Shown here: piece by piece, positions 24,866 through 32,000 of the stretch | Position numbering within the stretch: position 1 is the first letter of the stretch | How the letters are laid out: each line of letters begins with the position of its first letter | Source of the DNA: Coprobacillaceae bacterium | Lineage (GTDB): Bacteria; Bacillota_I; Bacilli_A; Erysipelotrichales; Coprobacillaceae | Length of the DNA: 32,000 bases | Direction: 5' to 3' | Assembly (NCBI GenBank): GCA_963675515.1 | Contig: OY776328.1 | Location: forward strand, 780,001 to 812,000 | The notes under the pieces: generated by a model | What the model was told of the DNA's origin: nothing | Database searches by the model: none | What the model saw: only the letters and a program-made list of their open reading frames with translations | Translations under genes and position numbers: made by a program

Positions 24866-24927
24866 CTCCTTCTGATTTTATTTTTATATATGAATTCTAT
24901 TCTACATCTATAAATTATTCGAGTCAA
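24866..24927 (-). promoter_or_regulatory. displaced native promoter and Shine-Dalgarno of the TauE/SafE gene
   Basis: The minus strand reads TTGACT (24927-24922), 17 nt spacer, TAGAAT (24904-24899), then AAGGAG (24871-24866) and TAATGTT, ending exactly at the IS3 target duplication. Confidence 0.6.
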
Positions 24928-25076
24928 TAAGGCCTCTTCAAGACGAAACGAAGAGAGATGGACTTAGTTTAGCTATTTAATGTTGATATTGCGCCCAAGC
25001 CGACATCATGAATGCCCGGCAATTGCCTCGTCGGACGTTACAACAATATTCAAAGTTAAATATTTGCATTTACATC

Positions 25077-25105
25077 TTCACAAAAACATTCAACTGTGTT
25101 ATCAT
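25077..25105 (+). promoter_or_regulatory. promoter of the monocistronic tRNA-Leu gene
   Basis: TTCACA, 17 nt spacer, TATCAT, with TGt upstream of the -10. It ends 8 nt before the tRNA. Confidence 0.55.
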
Positions 25106-25113
25106 TCACTTAT

Positions 25114-25198
25114 GCGGCAGTGGTGAAATTGGTATACACGTAAGTTTGAGGGACTTATGGATTATTCCGTGTCGGTTCAAGTCCGGTCTGCCGCACCA
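25114..25198 (+). tRNA. tRNA-Leu(GAG)
   Basis: Class II cloverleaf. Acceptor GCGGCAG/CTGCCGC, anticodon loop TTGAGGG, long variable arm, encoded CCA. Confidence 0.8.
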
Positions 25199-25211
25199 AC
25201 TATAAACATTG

Positions 25212-25236
25212 GCCCCAAGCCATTTTGGGGCTTTTT
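25212..25236 (+). terminator. intrinsic terminator
   Basis: GCCCCAA, 6-nt loop, TTGGGGC, T5. Confidence 0.8.
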
Positions 25237-25618
25237 ATTTTGCTTGTGAGCATGTTTTGAGCGCCATCTTTCTTGATTTCGCTTTCTGGCTACCTTACAT
25301 ATTATATAATGATGGCATTAATGAGCAACTGGCATAGAAGCAAGCATAAAAAAATGATTTCAATTTTTGATGCAAAATTGATAATACTATATTTAAACTT
25401 ATACAAGAGGATGGCCGGATGTCTGATTTTGATTCCAGTAATATTACCAGCTGATCAAATTGCCAAACACGCAATATAGTCATTAAAGCAGATGACAAAC
25501 AGAAAAGACGAATTGAATGAAAATCCAATAGTGAATATGGCCCAGGAACCAACATCTCCCGATTGAATCGGTATAAATCACAGTCGTCAAAAAATGTCAA
25601 AAAAGATTAAAAATCCAC

Positions 25619-25647
25619 TTGCAAAAGATGGGGCAATCATGTATAGT
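25619..25647 (+). promoter_or_regulatory. tRNA operon promoter P1
   Basis: TTGCAA, 17 nt spacer, TATAGT. Confidence 0.5.
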
Positions 25648-25728
25648 TATACGTGCCTGTTAGATAACATTCGAGCCGGAGATTCCCACAGAGGTCCGAA
25701 ACGGCTGTGAAAAAAACTAAAAATTATC

Positions 25729-25757
25729 TTGCAAATGATAAATGTTTGGTTTATAAT
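25729..25757 (+). promoter_or_regulatory. tRNA operon promoter P2
   Basis: TTGCAA, 17 nt spacer, TATAAT, 20 nt before tRNA-Cys. Confidence 0.65.
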
Positions 25758-25777
25758 AATAAGGCAGCATTTAATAC

Positions 25778-25852
25778 GGTTCCATAGCCAAGTTGGTAAG
25801 GCAGCAGACTGCAACTCTGCGATCGTCGGTTCAAGTCCGGCTGGAACCTCCA
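25778..25852 (+). tRNA. tRNA-Cys(GCA)
   Basis: Anticodon loop CTGCAAC, discriminator T73, encoded CCA. Confidence 0.85.
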
Positions 25853-25857
25853 TGAAT

Positions 25858-25946
25858 GCCCAGGTGGCGAAATTGGTAGACGCACAGGACTTAAAATCCT
25901 GCGGACCTTAAAATCCGTGACGGTTCGACTCCGTCCCTGGGCACCA
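25858..25946 (+). tRNA. tRNA-Leu(TAA)
   Basis: Class II. Anticodon loop CTTAAAA, long variable arm, CCA. Confidence 0.85.
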
Positions 25947-25961
25947 TCTTTAAAAAAAGTG

Positions 25962-25990
25962 TTGACAAATCGGAAACCGTGTGTTAAGAT
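25962..25990 (+). promoter_or_regulatory. internal promoter ahead of the duplicated tRNA unit
   Basis: TTGACA, 17 nt spacer, TAAGAT, with TGt upstream of the -10. Confidence 0.6.
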
Positions 25991-26005
25991 ACGTAAGCAT
26001 TCTAA

Positions 26006-26082
26006 GCGCTAGTAGCTCAATAGGATAGAGTACTTGGCTACGGACCAAGAGGTTATGGGTTCGATTCCTGTCTAGCGCGCCA
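26006..26082 (+). tRNA. tRNA-Arg(ACG)
   Basis: Anticodon loop CTACGGA, CCA. Confidence 0.85.
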
Positions 26083-26085
26083 GTA

Positions 26086-26162
26086 CGGGAAGTAGCACAG
26101 CTTGGTAGTGCACCTGGTTTGGGACCAGGGGGTCGCAGGTTCAAATCCTGTCTTCCCGACCA
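26086..26162 (+). tRNA. tRNA-Pro(TGG)
   Basis: Anticodon loop TTTGGGA, CCA. Confidence 0.85.
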
Positions 26163-26179
26163 TTTTTAAAAAACAATTT

Positions 26180-26255
26180 GGGGCCTTAGCTCAGCTGGGA
26201 GAGCACCTGCCTTGCACGCAGGGGGTCAACGGTTCGATCCCGTTAGGCTCCACCA
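26180..26255 (+). tRNA. tRNA-Ala(TGC)
   Basis: Anticodon loop CTTGCAC, G3:T70 wobble, CCA. Confidence 0.9.
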
Positions 26256-26274
26256 AATTATCTTTAACCCTTAT

Positions 26275-26351
26275 GGCGGGGTAGCTCAGTTGGCTAGAGC
26301 AATCGGTTCATACCCGGTGGGTCGGGGGTTCGAATCCCTTCCCCGCTACCA
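26275..26351 (+). tRNA. tRNA-Met(CAT), elongator
   Basis: GGCGGGGTAGCTCAG..., anticodon loop TTCATAC, CCA. Confidence 0.7.
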
Positions 26352-26383
26352 ATTAAGCTAAATAGCTTTATCATTTTTAAAGC

Positions 26384-26476
26384 GGAGGTTTACCCAAGTC
26401 CGGCTGAAGGGATCGGTCTTGAAAACCGACAGGCGGGGAAACTCGCGCGGGGGTTCGAATCCCTCAACCTCCGCCA
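26384..26476 (+). tRNA. tRNA-Ser(TGA)
   Basis: Class II. Anticodon loop CTTGAAA, long variable arm, CCA. Confidence 0.85.
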
Positions 26477-26507
26477 TTTTTTAAACAAACTTCAGCATTA
26501 TTAACAT

Positions 26508-26584
<77 letters not shown>

Positions 26585-26588
26585 AATT

Positions 26589-26665
26589 GGTCTGGTAGTT
26601 CAGTTGGTTAGAATGCCGCCCTGTCACGGCGGAGGTCGCGGGTTCGAGTCCCGTCCAGACCGCCA
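26589..26665 (+). tRNA. tRNA-Asp(GTC)
   Basis: Anticodon loop CTGTCAC, CCA. Confidence 0.85.
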
Positions 26666-26670
26666 ATTTT

Positions 26671-26746
26671 GGTTCCATAGCTCAGTCGGTAGAGCAAAGG
26701 ATTGAAAATCCTTGTGTCGCTGGTTCGATTCCGGCTGGAACCACCA
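26671..26746 (+). tRNA. tRNA-Phe(GAA)
   Basis: Anticodon loop TTGAAAA, CCA. Confidence 0.85.
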
Positions 26747-26760
26747 TTTATCAGTTTTAT

Positions 26761-26837
26761 GCGCTAGTAGCTCAATAGGATAGAGTACTTGGCTACGGAC
26801 CAAGAGGTTATGGGTTCGATTCCTGTCTAGCGCGCCA
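26761..26837 (+). tRNA. tRNA-Arg(ACG), copy 2
   Basis: Identical to 26006-26082. Confidence 0.85.
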
Positions 26838-26840
26838 GTA

Positions 26841-26917
26841 CGGGAAGTAGCACAGCTTGGTAGTGCACCTGGTTTGGGACCAGGGGGTCGCAGGTTCAAA
26901 TCCTGTCTTCCCGACCA
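26841..26917 (+). tRNA. tRNA-Pro(TGG), copy 2
   Basis: Identical to 26086-26162. Confidence 0.85.
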
Positions 26918-26930
26918 TTTTAAAACATAT

Positions 26931-27006
26931 GGGGCCTTAGCTCAGCTGGGAGAGCACCTGCCTTGCACGCAGGGGGTCAACGGTTCGATCCCGTTAGGCT
27001 CCACCA
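26931..27006 (+). tRNA. tRNA-Ala(TGC), copy 2
   Basis: Identical to 26180-26255. Confidence 0.9.
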
Positions 27007-27033
27007 TATTTAAAATAATGATCCTATATAGAT

Positions 27034-27110
27034 GGCGGGGTAGCTCAGTTGGCTAGAGCAATCGGTTCATACCCGGTGGGTCGGGGGTTCGAATCCCTTC
27101 CCCGCTACCA
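27034..27110 (+). tRNA. tRNA-Met(CAT), elongator, copy 2
   Basis: Identical to 26275-26351. Confidence 0.7.
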
Positions 27111-27115
27111 ATAAT

Positions 27116-27192
27116 GGACCCTTAGCTCAGTTGGTTAGAGCTATCGGCTCATAACCGATCGGTCGTTGGTTCGAGTCCAACAGGGTCCACCA
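27116..27192 (+). tRNA. tRNA-Ile2(CAT, lysidine-type)
   Basis: GGACCCTTAGCTCAGTTGGTTAGAGC...CTCATAA...GGTTCGAGTCC. Closely resembles the Bacillus tRNA-Ile2 recalled from memory. CCA encoded. Confidence 0.6.
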
Positions 27193-27223
27193 TTATCATT
27201 ATTTGTCATAAGTTGTTTGAAGC

Positions 27224-27316
27224 GGAGGTTTACCCAAGCCCGGCTGAAGGGATCGGTCTTGAAAACCGACAGGCGGGGAAACTCGCGCGGGGGTTCGAAT
27301 CCCTCAACCTCCGCCA
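27224..27316 (+). tRNA. tRNA-Ser(TGA), copy 2
   Basis: As 26384-26476 with one C/T change at 27239. Confidence 0.85.
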
Positions 27317-27350
27317 TTTTTCTTAAACAACACTAAAGCATTATTAATAT

Positions 27351-27427
<77 letters not shown>

Positions 27428-27431
27428 AATT

Positions 27432-27508
27432 GGTCTGGTAGTTCAGTTGGTTAGAATGCCGCCCTGTCACGGCGGAGGTCGCGGGTTCGAGTCCCGTCCA
27501 GACCGCCA
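27432..27508 (+). tRNA. tRNA-Asp(GTC), copy 2
   Basis: Identical to 26589-26665. Confidence 0.85.
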
Positions 27509-27513
27509 ATTTT

Positions 27514-27589
27514 GGTTCCATAGCTCAGTCGGTAGAGCAAAGGATTGAAAATCCTTGTGTCGCTGGTTCGATTCCGGCTGGAACCACCA
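27514..27589 (+). tRNA. tRNA-Phe(GAA), copy 2
   Basis: Identical to 26671-26746. Confidence 0.85.
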
Positions 27590-27598
27590 TTTGCTTGC

Positions 27599-27621
27599 AA
27601 CGTGTCAATCACGTTTTTTTT
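27599..27621 (+). terminator. terminator of the tRNA operon
   Basis: AACGTG-tcaat-CACGTT followed by T8. Confidence 0.75.
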
Positions 27622-27622
27622 A

Positions 27623-27651
27623 TTGTCTTTTTTTGCTTTATCTTGTAGTAT
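27623..27651 (+). promoter_or_regulatory. candidate promoter
   Basis: TTGTCT, 17 nt spacer, TAGTAT. Confidence 0.35.
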
Positions 27652-27672
27652 AGTTATAAACAGGAGGCTAAT

Positions 27673-28059
27673 ATGTTCAAATATCGCGAAACTAGGATGT
27701 TGGCCATAACATCTTTGATTTTTATAATAGTAAACGGCTTGGTGGTCTACGCCTTGATCAACCAGAATAAGATGCAGATCGCACTGGGTCTGATTTTGTC
27801 TTTCTCGTCACTGTTGCTTTTGATGACCCGTTACAAGATGGCGATCTTCAATGACTCGGTCATGGTATACGAACTCAAAGGGTTAGCCATTTTGCCGGTT
27901 TTGATCGAGTTTGACAAAATCGAATCGCTCGAACTTGTCGGCAGGCACCGCCTTGACATCAGACATGGCCGCCGGTTAAGCAAAATCCATATCGTCGATG
28001 CCGTGAGATTCCATGACGAGCTCGCATTGGAGCTCAGCGCCTACAAAGGTTTGAAATAG
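27673..28059 (+). CDS. small membrane protein (two N-terminal TM helices plus a soluble C-terminal domain)
   Basis: AGGAGG Shine-Dalgarno 5 nt upstream. No family recognised. Confidence 0.6.
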   Translation: MFKYRETRMLAITSLIFIIVNGLVVYALINQNKMQIALGLILSFSSLLLLMTRYKMAIFNDSVMVYELKGLAILPVLIEFDKIESLELVGRHRLDIRHGRRLSKIHIVDAVRFHDELALELSAYKGLK

Positions 28060-28118
28060 GACCATAATTAGTTTAAGTCTAAATAGGATAAGATTATTTC
28101 ATTTTTTACAAATAATTC

Positions 28119-28147
28119 TTTATTTTGTTTTGGGCTTGTGGTAATAT
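28119..28147 (+). promoter_or_regulatory. his operon promoter (extended -10)
   Basis: TGgTAATAT (28139-28147), with a weak TTTATT -35 hexamer 17 nt upstream. Confidence 0.45.
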
Positions 28148-28168
28148 ATGAAAAACGAGGTGGTCGCT

Positions 28169-28219
28169 ATGAGAAATAATCAAAACTTACAATTGAATCA
28201 CCATCACCATTGGATCTAA
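28169..28219 (+). CDS. hisL: his operon leader peptide MRNNQNLQLNHHHHWI
   Basis: 16 codons. GAGGTG Shine-Dalgarno 6 nt upstream. Four consecutive His codons CAC CAT CAC CAT at 28199-28210. Not in the ORF track because it is too short. Confidence 0.7.
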   Translation: MRNNQNLQLNHHHHWI

Positions 28220-28262
28220 CTGGGCTATTATCTTAAATGATACAGCCCTTTTATTGGTTGTA

Positions 28263-28292
28263 TCTAATGGCGTTTATCTGCGGGTCATTAGA
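28263..28292 (+). promoter_or_regulatory. antiterminator helix of the his attenuator
   Basis: 28263-28271 (TCTAATGGC) pairs with 28284-28292 (GTCATTAGA). 9 bp including one GU. It overlaps the 5' arm of the terminator. Confidence 0.55.
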
Positions 28293-28310
28293 AATAATGG
28301 CTCGTTTTTT
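28281..28310 (+). terminator. attenuator terminator upstream of hisZ
   Basis: CGGGTCATT (28281-28289) pairs with AATGGCTCG (28296-28304). 9 bp including two GU, 6-nt loop, then T6. It ends 17 nt before the hisZ ATG. Confidence 0.65.
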
Positions 28311-28327
28311 AATATAAGGAGGCAATT

Positions 28328-29296
28328 ATGGAATTTTATAAATATCTTATCCCTGAGGAGAGTATCGATGTTCGCATCGACAATGTTGCGACACTGCGCG
28401 CTATCGAGGGAAAATTGAGAGAGACTTTCACTAAAAACAAGTACAGTGAAGTGCTGATGCCAAGTTTCGACTATGTTGAACTGTATACTGAAATCGGCTG
28501 CGACATCCCATCTTCGAACATGTTCCGCTTTGTCGACGCCAAAGGGAAAAATGTGGCTCTGCGCTACGATTTCACCATCCCGCTGGCAAGACTTTATGCG
28601 ACCAAATACCATGATACGACATCACGTTTCTGTTATTTCGGGAAGGTATACCGCAAGGAAAAAGTCCACAAGGGACGCTCATCGGAGCTTTTCCAGGCCG
28701 GTGTCGAGCTGATCAACGAACCAGGTGTAAAAGGCGAACAGGAAATCCTGGCAATGCTCCAGGAGGCGGTAAGCAATATTCCGTTAAATGACATCCTGAT
28801 AGAGTTCGGATCGGCGGCATTTCTGGACCGTCTGTTCGAGATTACCGATGATGACCATAAGCTTCAGGAGATCCTGAAATATCGCAGCGTATCACAACTC
28901 AAGGAGTTCATCAAGGAACACGATTTCGATGAGAAGTTCAGCCGCCTTCTTTTGAAGCTGCCAAGCGCCATCGGCGGGACGGAAATGCTTGATGAGATCT
29001 GCGAACTTGTCGATGACAAGGTCCTGCTCGATACCCTGATCGATCTCAAATGCCTGATTATCAATCTTGAGGGAACTTACAACTACCAGTTCGATCTGGG
29101 AATGGTTCCGGAAATCGATTACTATACCGGGCTGATGATCAAGGGTTACACAAAGAATGCGGCCAAACCAATCATCACCGGGGGACGTTATGACAAGTTG
29201 CTGCCAAAATTCGATGCCGATGTCAGCGCGGTCGGTTTCTGCTGCCATCTCAATTACGTCCTGGAAGCTTTGGCAATGGAGGAAAACAATGATTAA
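28328..29296 (+). CDS. hisZ: ATP phosphoribosyltransferase regulatory subunit (HisRS paralogue)
   Basis: Class II aaRS-like core ([28 protein letters not shown]) without an anticodon-binding domain. Followed by a short-form hisG. Confidence 0.85.
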   Translation: MEFYKYLIPEESIDVRIDNVATLRAIEGKLRETFTKNKYSEVLMPSFDYVELYTEIGCDIPSSNMFRFVDAKGKNVALRYDFTIPLARLYATKYHDTTSRFCYFGKVYRKEKVHKGRSSELFQAGVELINEPGVKGEQEILAMLQEAVSNIPLNDILIEFGSAAFLDRLFEITDDDHKLQEILKYRSVSQLKEFIKEHDFDEKFSRLLLKLPSAIGGTEMLDEICELVDDKVLLDTLIDLKCLIINLEGTYNYQFDLGMVPEIDYYTGLMIKGYTKNAAKPIITGGRYDKLLPKFDADVSAVGFCCHLNYVLEALAMEENND

Positions 29297-29915
29297 GATT
29301 GCGATAACCAAGGGCCGGATTGAAAAACAGGTCTGCAAGCTGCTTGAAAAGGCAGGCTATGACGTCGAACCGGTATACAATAAAAAAAGAGAGCTGATGA
29401 TCACAACCGATGACGGGCTCCAGTTCATCTTCGGCAAGGCCAACGATGTGGTCACATTCCTGGAACACGGGATTGTCGACATCGGATTTGTGGGCAAAGA
29501 CACCCTTGATGACAACGATTTCGAAGACTACTACGAACTTCTCGACCTGCAGATCGGGAAATGCTTCTTCGCTGTTGCGGCTTATCCTGAATATGCCACA
29601 AAGAATTTCAATAACCGCAAGCGGATCGCTTCGAAATATACCAATGTGGCCAAAAAATACTTCGCAAGCAAGAAAGAGGACGTCGAGATAATCAAGCTCG
29701 AGGGTTCGGTGGAACTTGGACCGATTGTCAACCTTTCGGATGCAATTGTCGACATCGTGGAAACCGGTTCGACCCTCAAGGCCAACGGCTTAGAGGTGAT
29801 CGAGAAGATCAGCGATATCTCGACCCGGCTTATCGCCAACAAGGTCAACTTCAAATACAACAAGACTGAGATAATCGACCTGGTGAACAGGCTCGAAAAA
29901 GTGGTGGAGGAATAG
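29289..29915 (+). CDS. hisG: ATP phosphoribosyltransferase, short form
   Basis: [10 protein letters not shown] start with a GGAGG 6 nt upstream. It overlaps the hisZ stop (ATGATTAA). 208 aa. The track's start at 29157 lies inside hisZ. Confidence 0.9.
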   Translation: MIKIAITKGRIEKQVCKLLEKAGYDVEPVYNKKRELMITTDDGLQFIFGKANDVVTFLEHGIVDIGFVGKDTLDDNDFEDYYELLDLQIGKCFFAVAAYPEYATKNFNNRKRIASKYTNVAKKYFASKKEDVEIIKLEGSVELGPIVNLSDAIVDIVETGSTLKANGLEVIEKISDISTRLIANKVNFKYNKTEIIDLVNRLEKVVEE

Positions 29916-29917
29916 GT

Positions 29918-31213
29918 ATGCTCAAGACGATAAACTATCAAGGCGATCTCGAAGTGATCGTTGAAAAACTGAACACCCGGAAAACTTCGATCTCCAAGGA
30001 AGTATCCGACAAAGTTTTAACTGTATTGGAAGACATCGCTGCAAACAAGGACGAAGCGGTGATTAAATACTGCGAACTGTTCGACGGTTTCAAAGTTGAA
30101 GATCCAACCCAGCTGATTGCGACCGAGGCGGAAATCGAGGAAGGCTACAGCCAGGTTGACTCTGATCACATCCGCATCCTGCAGCGCAGTTATGACCAGA
30201 TCAAAATGTACCATGAAAACCAGATCGACAAGTCATGGGCCATGTACAAGGAAGACGGGGTCATCCTCGGCCAGATGATCCGACCGATTGAAAGAGTGGC
30301 CCTCTATGTACCAGGCGGAACGGCGACATACCCTTCGACGGTTCTGATGAACGCGGTGCCGGCAATACTGGCTGGAGTCAAGGAAATCGTGATCATCACC
30401 CCGGTAAAGGGAGATGGCAAGGTCAATCCGGTCATCATGGCGGCAGCTAAGGTCTGCGGCATCAAGACAATCTACAAGGTCGGGGGAGCCCAGGGAGTTG
30501 GTGCGGTAGCCTATGGCACACCGACAATCAAGAAAGTCGACAAGATTGTCGGGCCCGGCAACATCTTCGTGGCCACTGCCAAGAAGCTTGTTTACGGTAC
30601 GGTTGACATCGACATGGTAGCCGGTCCTAGCGAAATCCTGATCATTGCCGACAAGGATGCCAATCCCAAATATATCGCGGCCGATCTGATGTCGCAAAGC
30701 GAACACGACAAGCTGGCCAGCGCGATCCTGGTCACCACGGAAGCTGGCCTGATTGATAAAGTCAACGTAGAACTGGCCCGCCAGATCCAATATCTGTCTC
30801 GCCCTGAAATCATCAGGGAATCGCTGGAAAACTACGGCGGGGCGATTGTGGTGTCGTCTCTGGACGAAGCGTTCACTGTTTCCAACTACCTTGCGCCTGA
30901 ACATCTTGAGGTGCTGGTAAGTGATCCGCTCAACACCTTGCCAAAAATCCAGAATGCCGGTTCCATCTTCCTGGGCGAATACACACCAGAACCACTTGGC
31001 GACTACATGTCGGGGACCAACCACGTGCTGCCAACTGGTGGGACTGCGAAATTCTACAGCCCGCTGGGAGTTTATGACTACGTCAAAGCTTCGGCTTATT
31101 CATACTATCCAAAAGCGGCTTTGGCATCGTTCAAGGAAGATGTCGAAAAATTCGCGAAATCCGAAGGGCTTGATGCCCATGCCAATTCAATCACTGTAAG
31201 ATTCGAGGACTGA
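29918..31213 (+). CDS. hisD: histidinol dehydrogenase
   Basis: SQSEHD and GDYMSGTNHVLPTGG motifs. 431 aa. Confidence 0.95.
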   Translation: MLKTINYQGDLEVIVEKLNTRKTSISKEVSDKVLTVLEDIAANKDEAVIKYCELFDGFKVEDPTQLIATEAEIEEGYSQVDSDHIRILQRSYDQIKMYHENQIDKSWAMYKEDGVILGQMIRPIERVALYVPGGTATYPSTVLMNAVPAILAGVKEIVIITPVKGDGKVNPVIMAAAKVCGIKTIYKVGGAQGVGAVAYGTPTIKKVDKIVGPGNIFVATAKKLVYGTVDIDMVAGPSEILIIADKDANPKYIAADLMSQSEHDKLASAILVTTEAGLIDKVNVELARQIQYLSRPEIIRESLENYGGAIVVSSLDEAFTVSNYLAPEHLEVLVSDPLNTLPKIQNAGSIFLGEYTPEPLGDYMSGTNHVLPTGGTAKFYSPLGVYDYVKASAYSYYPKAALASFKEDVEKFAKSEGLDAHANSITVRFED

Positions 31214-31217
31214 TACC

Positions 31218-31805
31218 ATGCGCCAGGGAAAAATTAACCGTGAAACTTTAGAAACAAAACTGAATATCGCCCTTGATCTTGACGGCCAGGGGAAAACCAA
31301 GATCGAGACCAAGATCGGCTTTTTCGACCATATGCTTACCCTGTTTGGATTCCATGGCGGGTTCGACCTGGAAGTGTTATGTGACGGGGACATCGAGGTC
31401 GACAGCCACCACTCGATTGAGGATGTGGGAATCGCCTTAGGACTGGCTTTCAAGGAAGCCCTGGGCGACAGGAAAGGCATCAGCCGTTATGGCAGCTTCC
31501 GCCTGGTCATGGACGAGGCTTTGGTTTGTGTCGATCTTGACATTTCCAACCGTCCCTACCTTGTTTTCAATGGCGAAATTCCAAAAGTGACTCTTGGCAA
31601 TTTCGACTGCGAGATGACCGAGGAATTCCTGCGGGCATTCGCCTTCAATGCGGGGATCACCCTGCATGTCAACGTGATGTATGGCAAGAATGTGCACCAT
31701 ATCATCGAGGGAATCTTCAAGGCACTCGCACGAGCACTGAAAATTGCGGCGACAATCGATGCCAGCAAGGCCGGTCAGGTGAGTTCCACCAAGGGAATGT
31801 TATAA
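31218..31805 (+). CDS. hisB: imidazoleglycerol-phosphate dehydratase
   Basis: GFFDHML, DSHHSIEDVGIALG and HHIIEGIFKALARAL motifs. Monofunctional length. Confidence 0.95.
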   Translation: MRQGKINRETLETKLNIALDLDGQGKTKIETKIGFFDHMLTLFGFHGGFDLEVLCDGDIEVDSHHSIEDVGIALGLAFKEALGDRKGISRYGSFRLVMDEALVCVDLDISNRPYLVFNGEIPKVTLGNFDCEMTEEFLRAFAFNAGITLHVNVMYGKNVHHIIEGIFKALARALKIAATIDASKAGQVSSTKGML

Positions 31806-31816
31806 GGAGAACGATT

Positions 31817-32000
31817 ATGGTTGTGATAATAGATTATAATGTCGGCAATCTTTCAAGTGTTGCCGGAGCATTGAAACGGGTCGGGATCGAAGCGGTTGTG
31901 ACCCGGGACAAGGAAACGATTGAAAACGCCCAGGCGATCATCCTGCCAGGAGTCGGATCTTTCCCGGTGGCCATGGCCAACCTGGAGAAATACGACCTGA
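31817..32000 (+). CDS. hisH: imidazole glycerol phosphate synthase, glutamine amidotransferase subunit (5' part, runs off the window)
   Basis: ATG 31817 after an AAGGAG. MVVIIDYNVGNLSSVAGALKRVG...IILPGVGSF. Confidence 0.85.
   Translation, partial: MVVIIDYNVGNLSSVAGALKRVGIEAVVTRDKETIENAQAIILPGVGSFPVAMANLEKYDL

Noticed and set aside
24928-25076. GC-richer noncoding stretch with hairpins (CTCTTC...GAAGAG at about 24933-24957; CCGAC...GTCGG at about 25000-25034), considered as a riboswitch or sRNA
   Set aside because: No match to any RNA family I can recognise and no terminator-like T run. It may simply be upstream regulatory DNA of the displaced TauE promoter.
25240-25618. AT-rich ~380-nt gap with overlapping ORFs 25273-25479 (+) and 25295-25600 (-)
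   Set aside because: Neither ORF has an SD or recognisable motifs. One needs a TTG start, and they overlap each other on opposite strands. Treated as noncoding. A degraded gene or small RNA is possible but not supportable from sequence alone.
28060-28327. A T-box riboswitch, expected upstream of a Bacillota his operon
   Set aside because: No T-box consensus (…GGTGGTACCGCG-like) or specifier-loop architecture is visible. A leader-peptide attenuator explains the region instead.
29157-29288. The upstream ATG start given by the track for hisG (252 aa)
   Set aside because: The extension lies inside hisZ in another frame and has no SD. The MIKIAITKG start at 29289 has a GGAGG and gives the canonical short HisG length.
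30233-31024. 263-aa ORF antisense to hisD, plus other long antisense ORFs (18804-19424 in the C-N hydrolase gene, 15323-15766 in nagB, 17178-17537 in metA, 28892-29338 in hisZ)
   Set aside because: They are shadow ORFs opposite well-supported genes. Their compositions are low-complexity and Arg/Gly/Asp-rich, and they have no SDs.

Overview
This window looks like chromosomal DNA from a low-GC Gram-positive bacterium. From memory, and unverified, the 16S signatures resemble Erysipelotrichia. There are three blocks. (1) 1-10570 is an rRNA super-locus: a 5S, then a promoter-driven 23S-5S unit with no 16S, one protein gene, and a complete 16S-23S-5S operon. (2) 10700-25000 holds housekeeping genes (histidine phosphatase, ptsI, nagB, HD-domain dNTPase-like, metA, DUF4825, C-N hydrolase, folC), two insertion sequences and a small islet of unknown genes. 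One IS is IS1182-like and sits in a convergent-gene terminator. The other is IS3-family and sits between the Shine-Dalgarno and the ATG of a TauE/SafE permease gene. (3) 25100-32000 holds 20 tRNA genes, including a tandemly duplicated 8/9-tRNA unit, and the start of a hisZGDBH operon. The his operon is preceded by a 16-codon His-rich leader peptide (absent from the supplied ORF track, which lists nothing under 60 aa) and a set of mutually exclusive helices that read as a classical attenuator. No CRISPR array and no recognisable defence or toxin system was found. The main second-look items are the his attenuator, the split rRNA operon and the two IS insertion contexts. All coordinates and base pairings were worked out by eye, and no database search or folding program was run.
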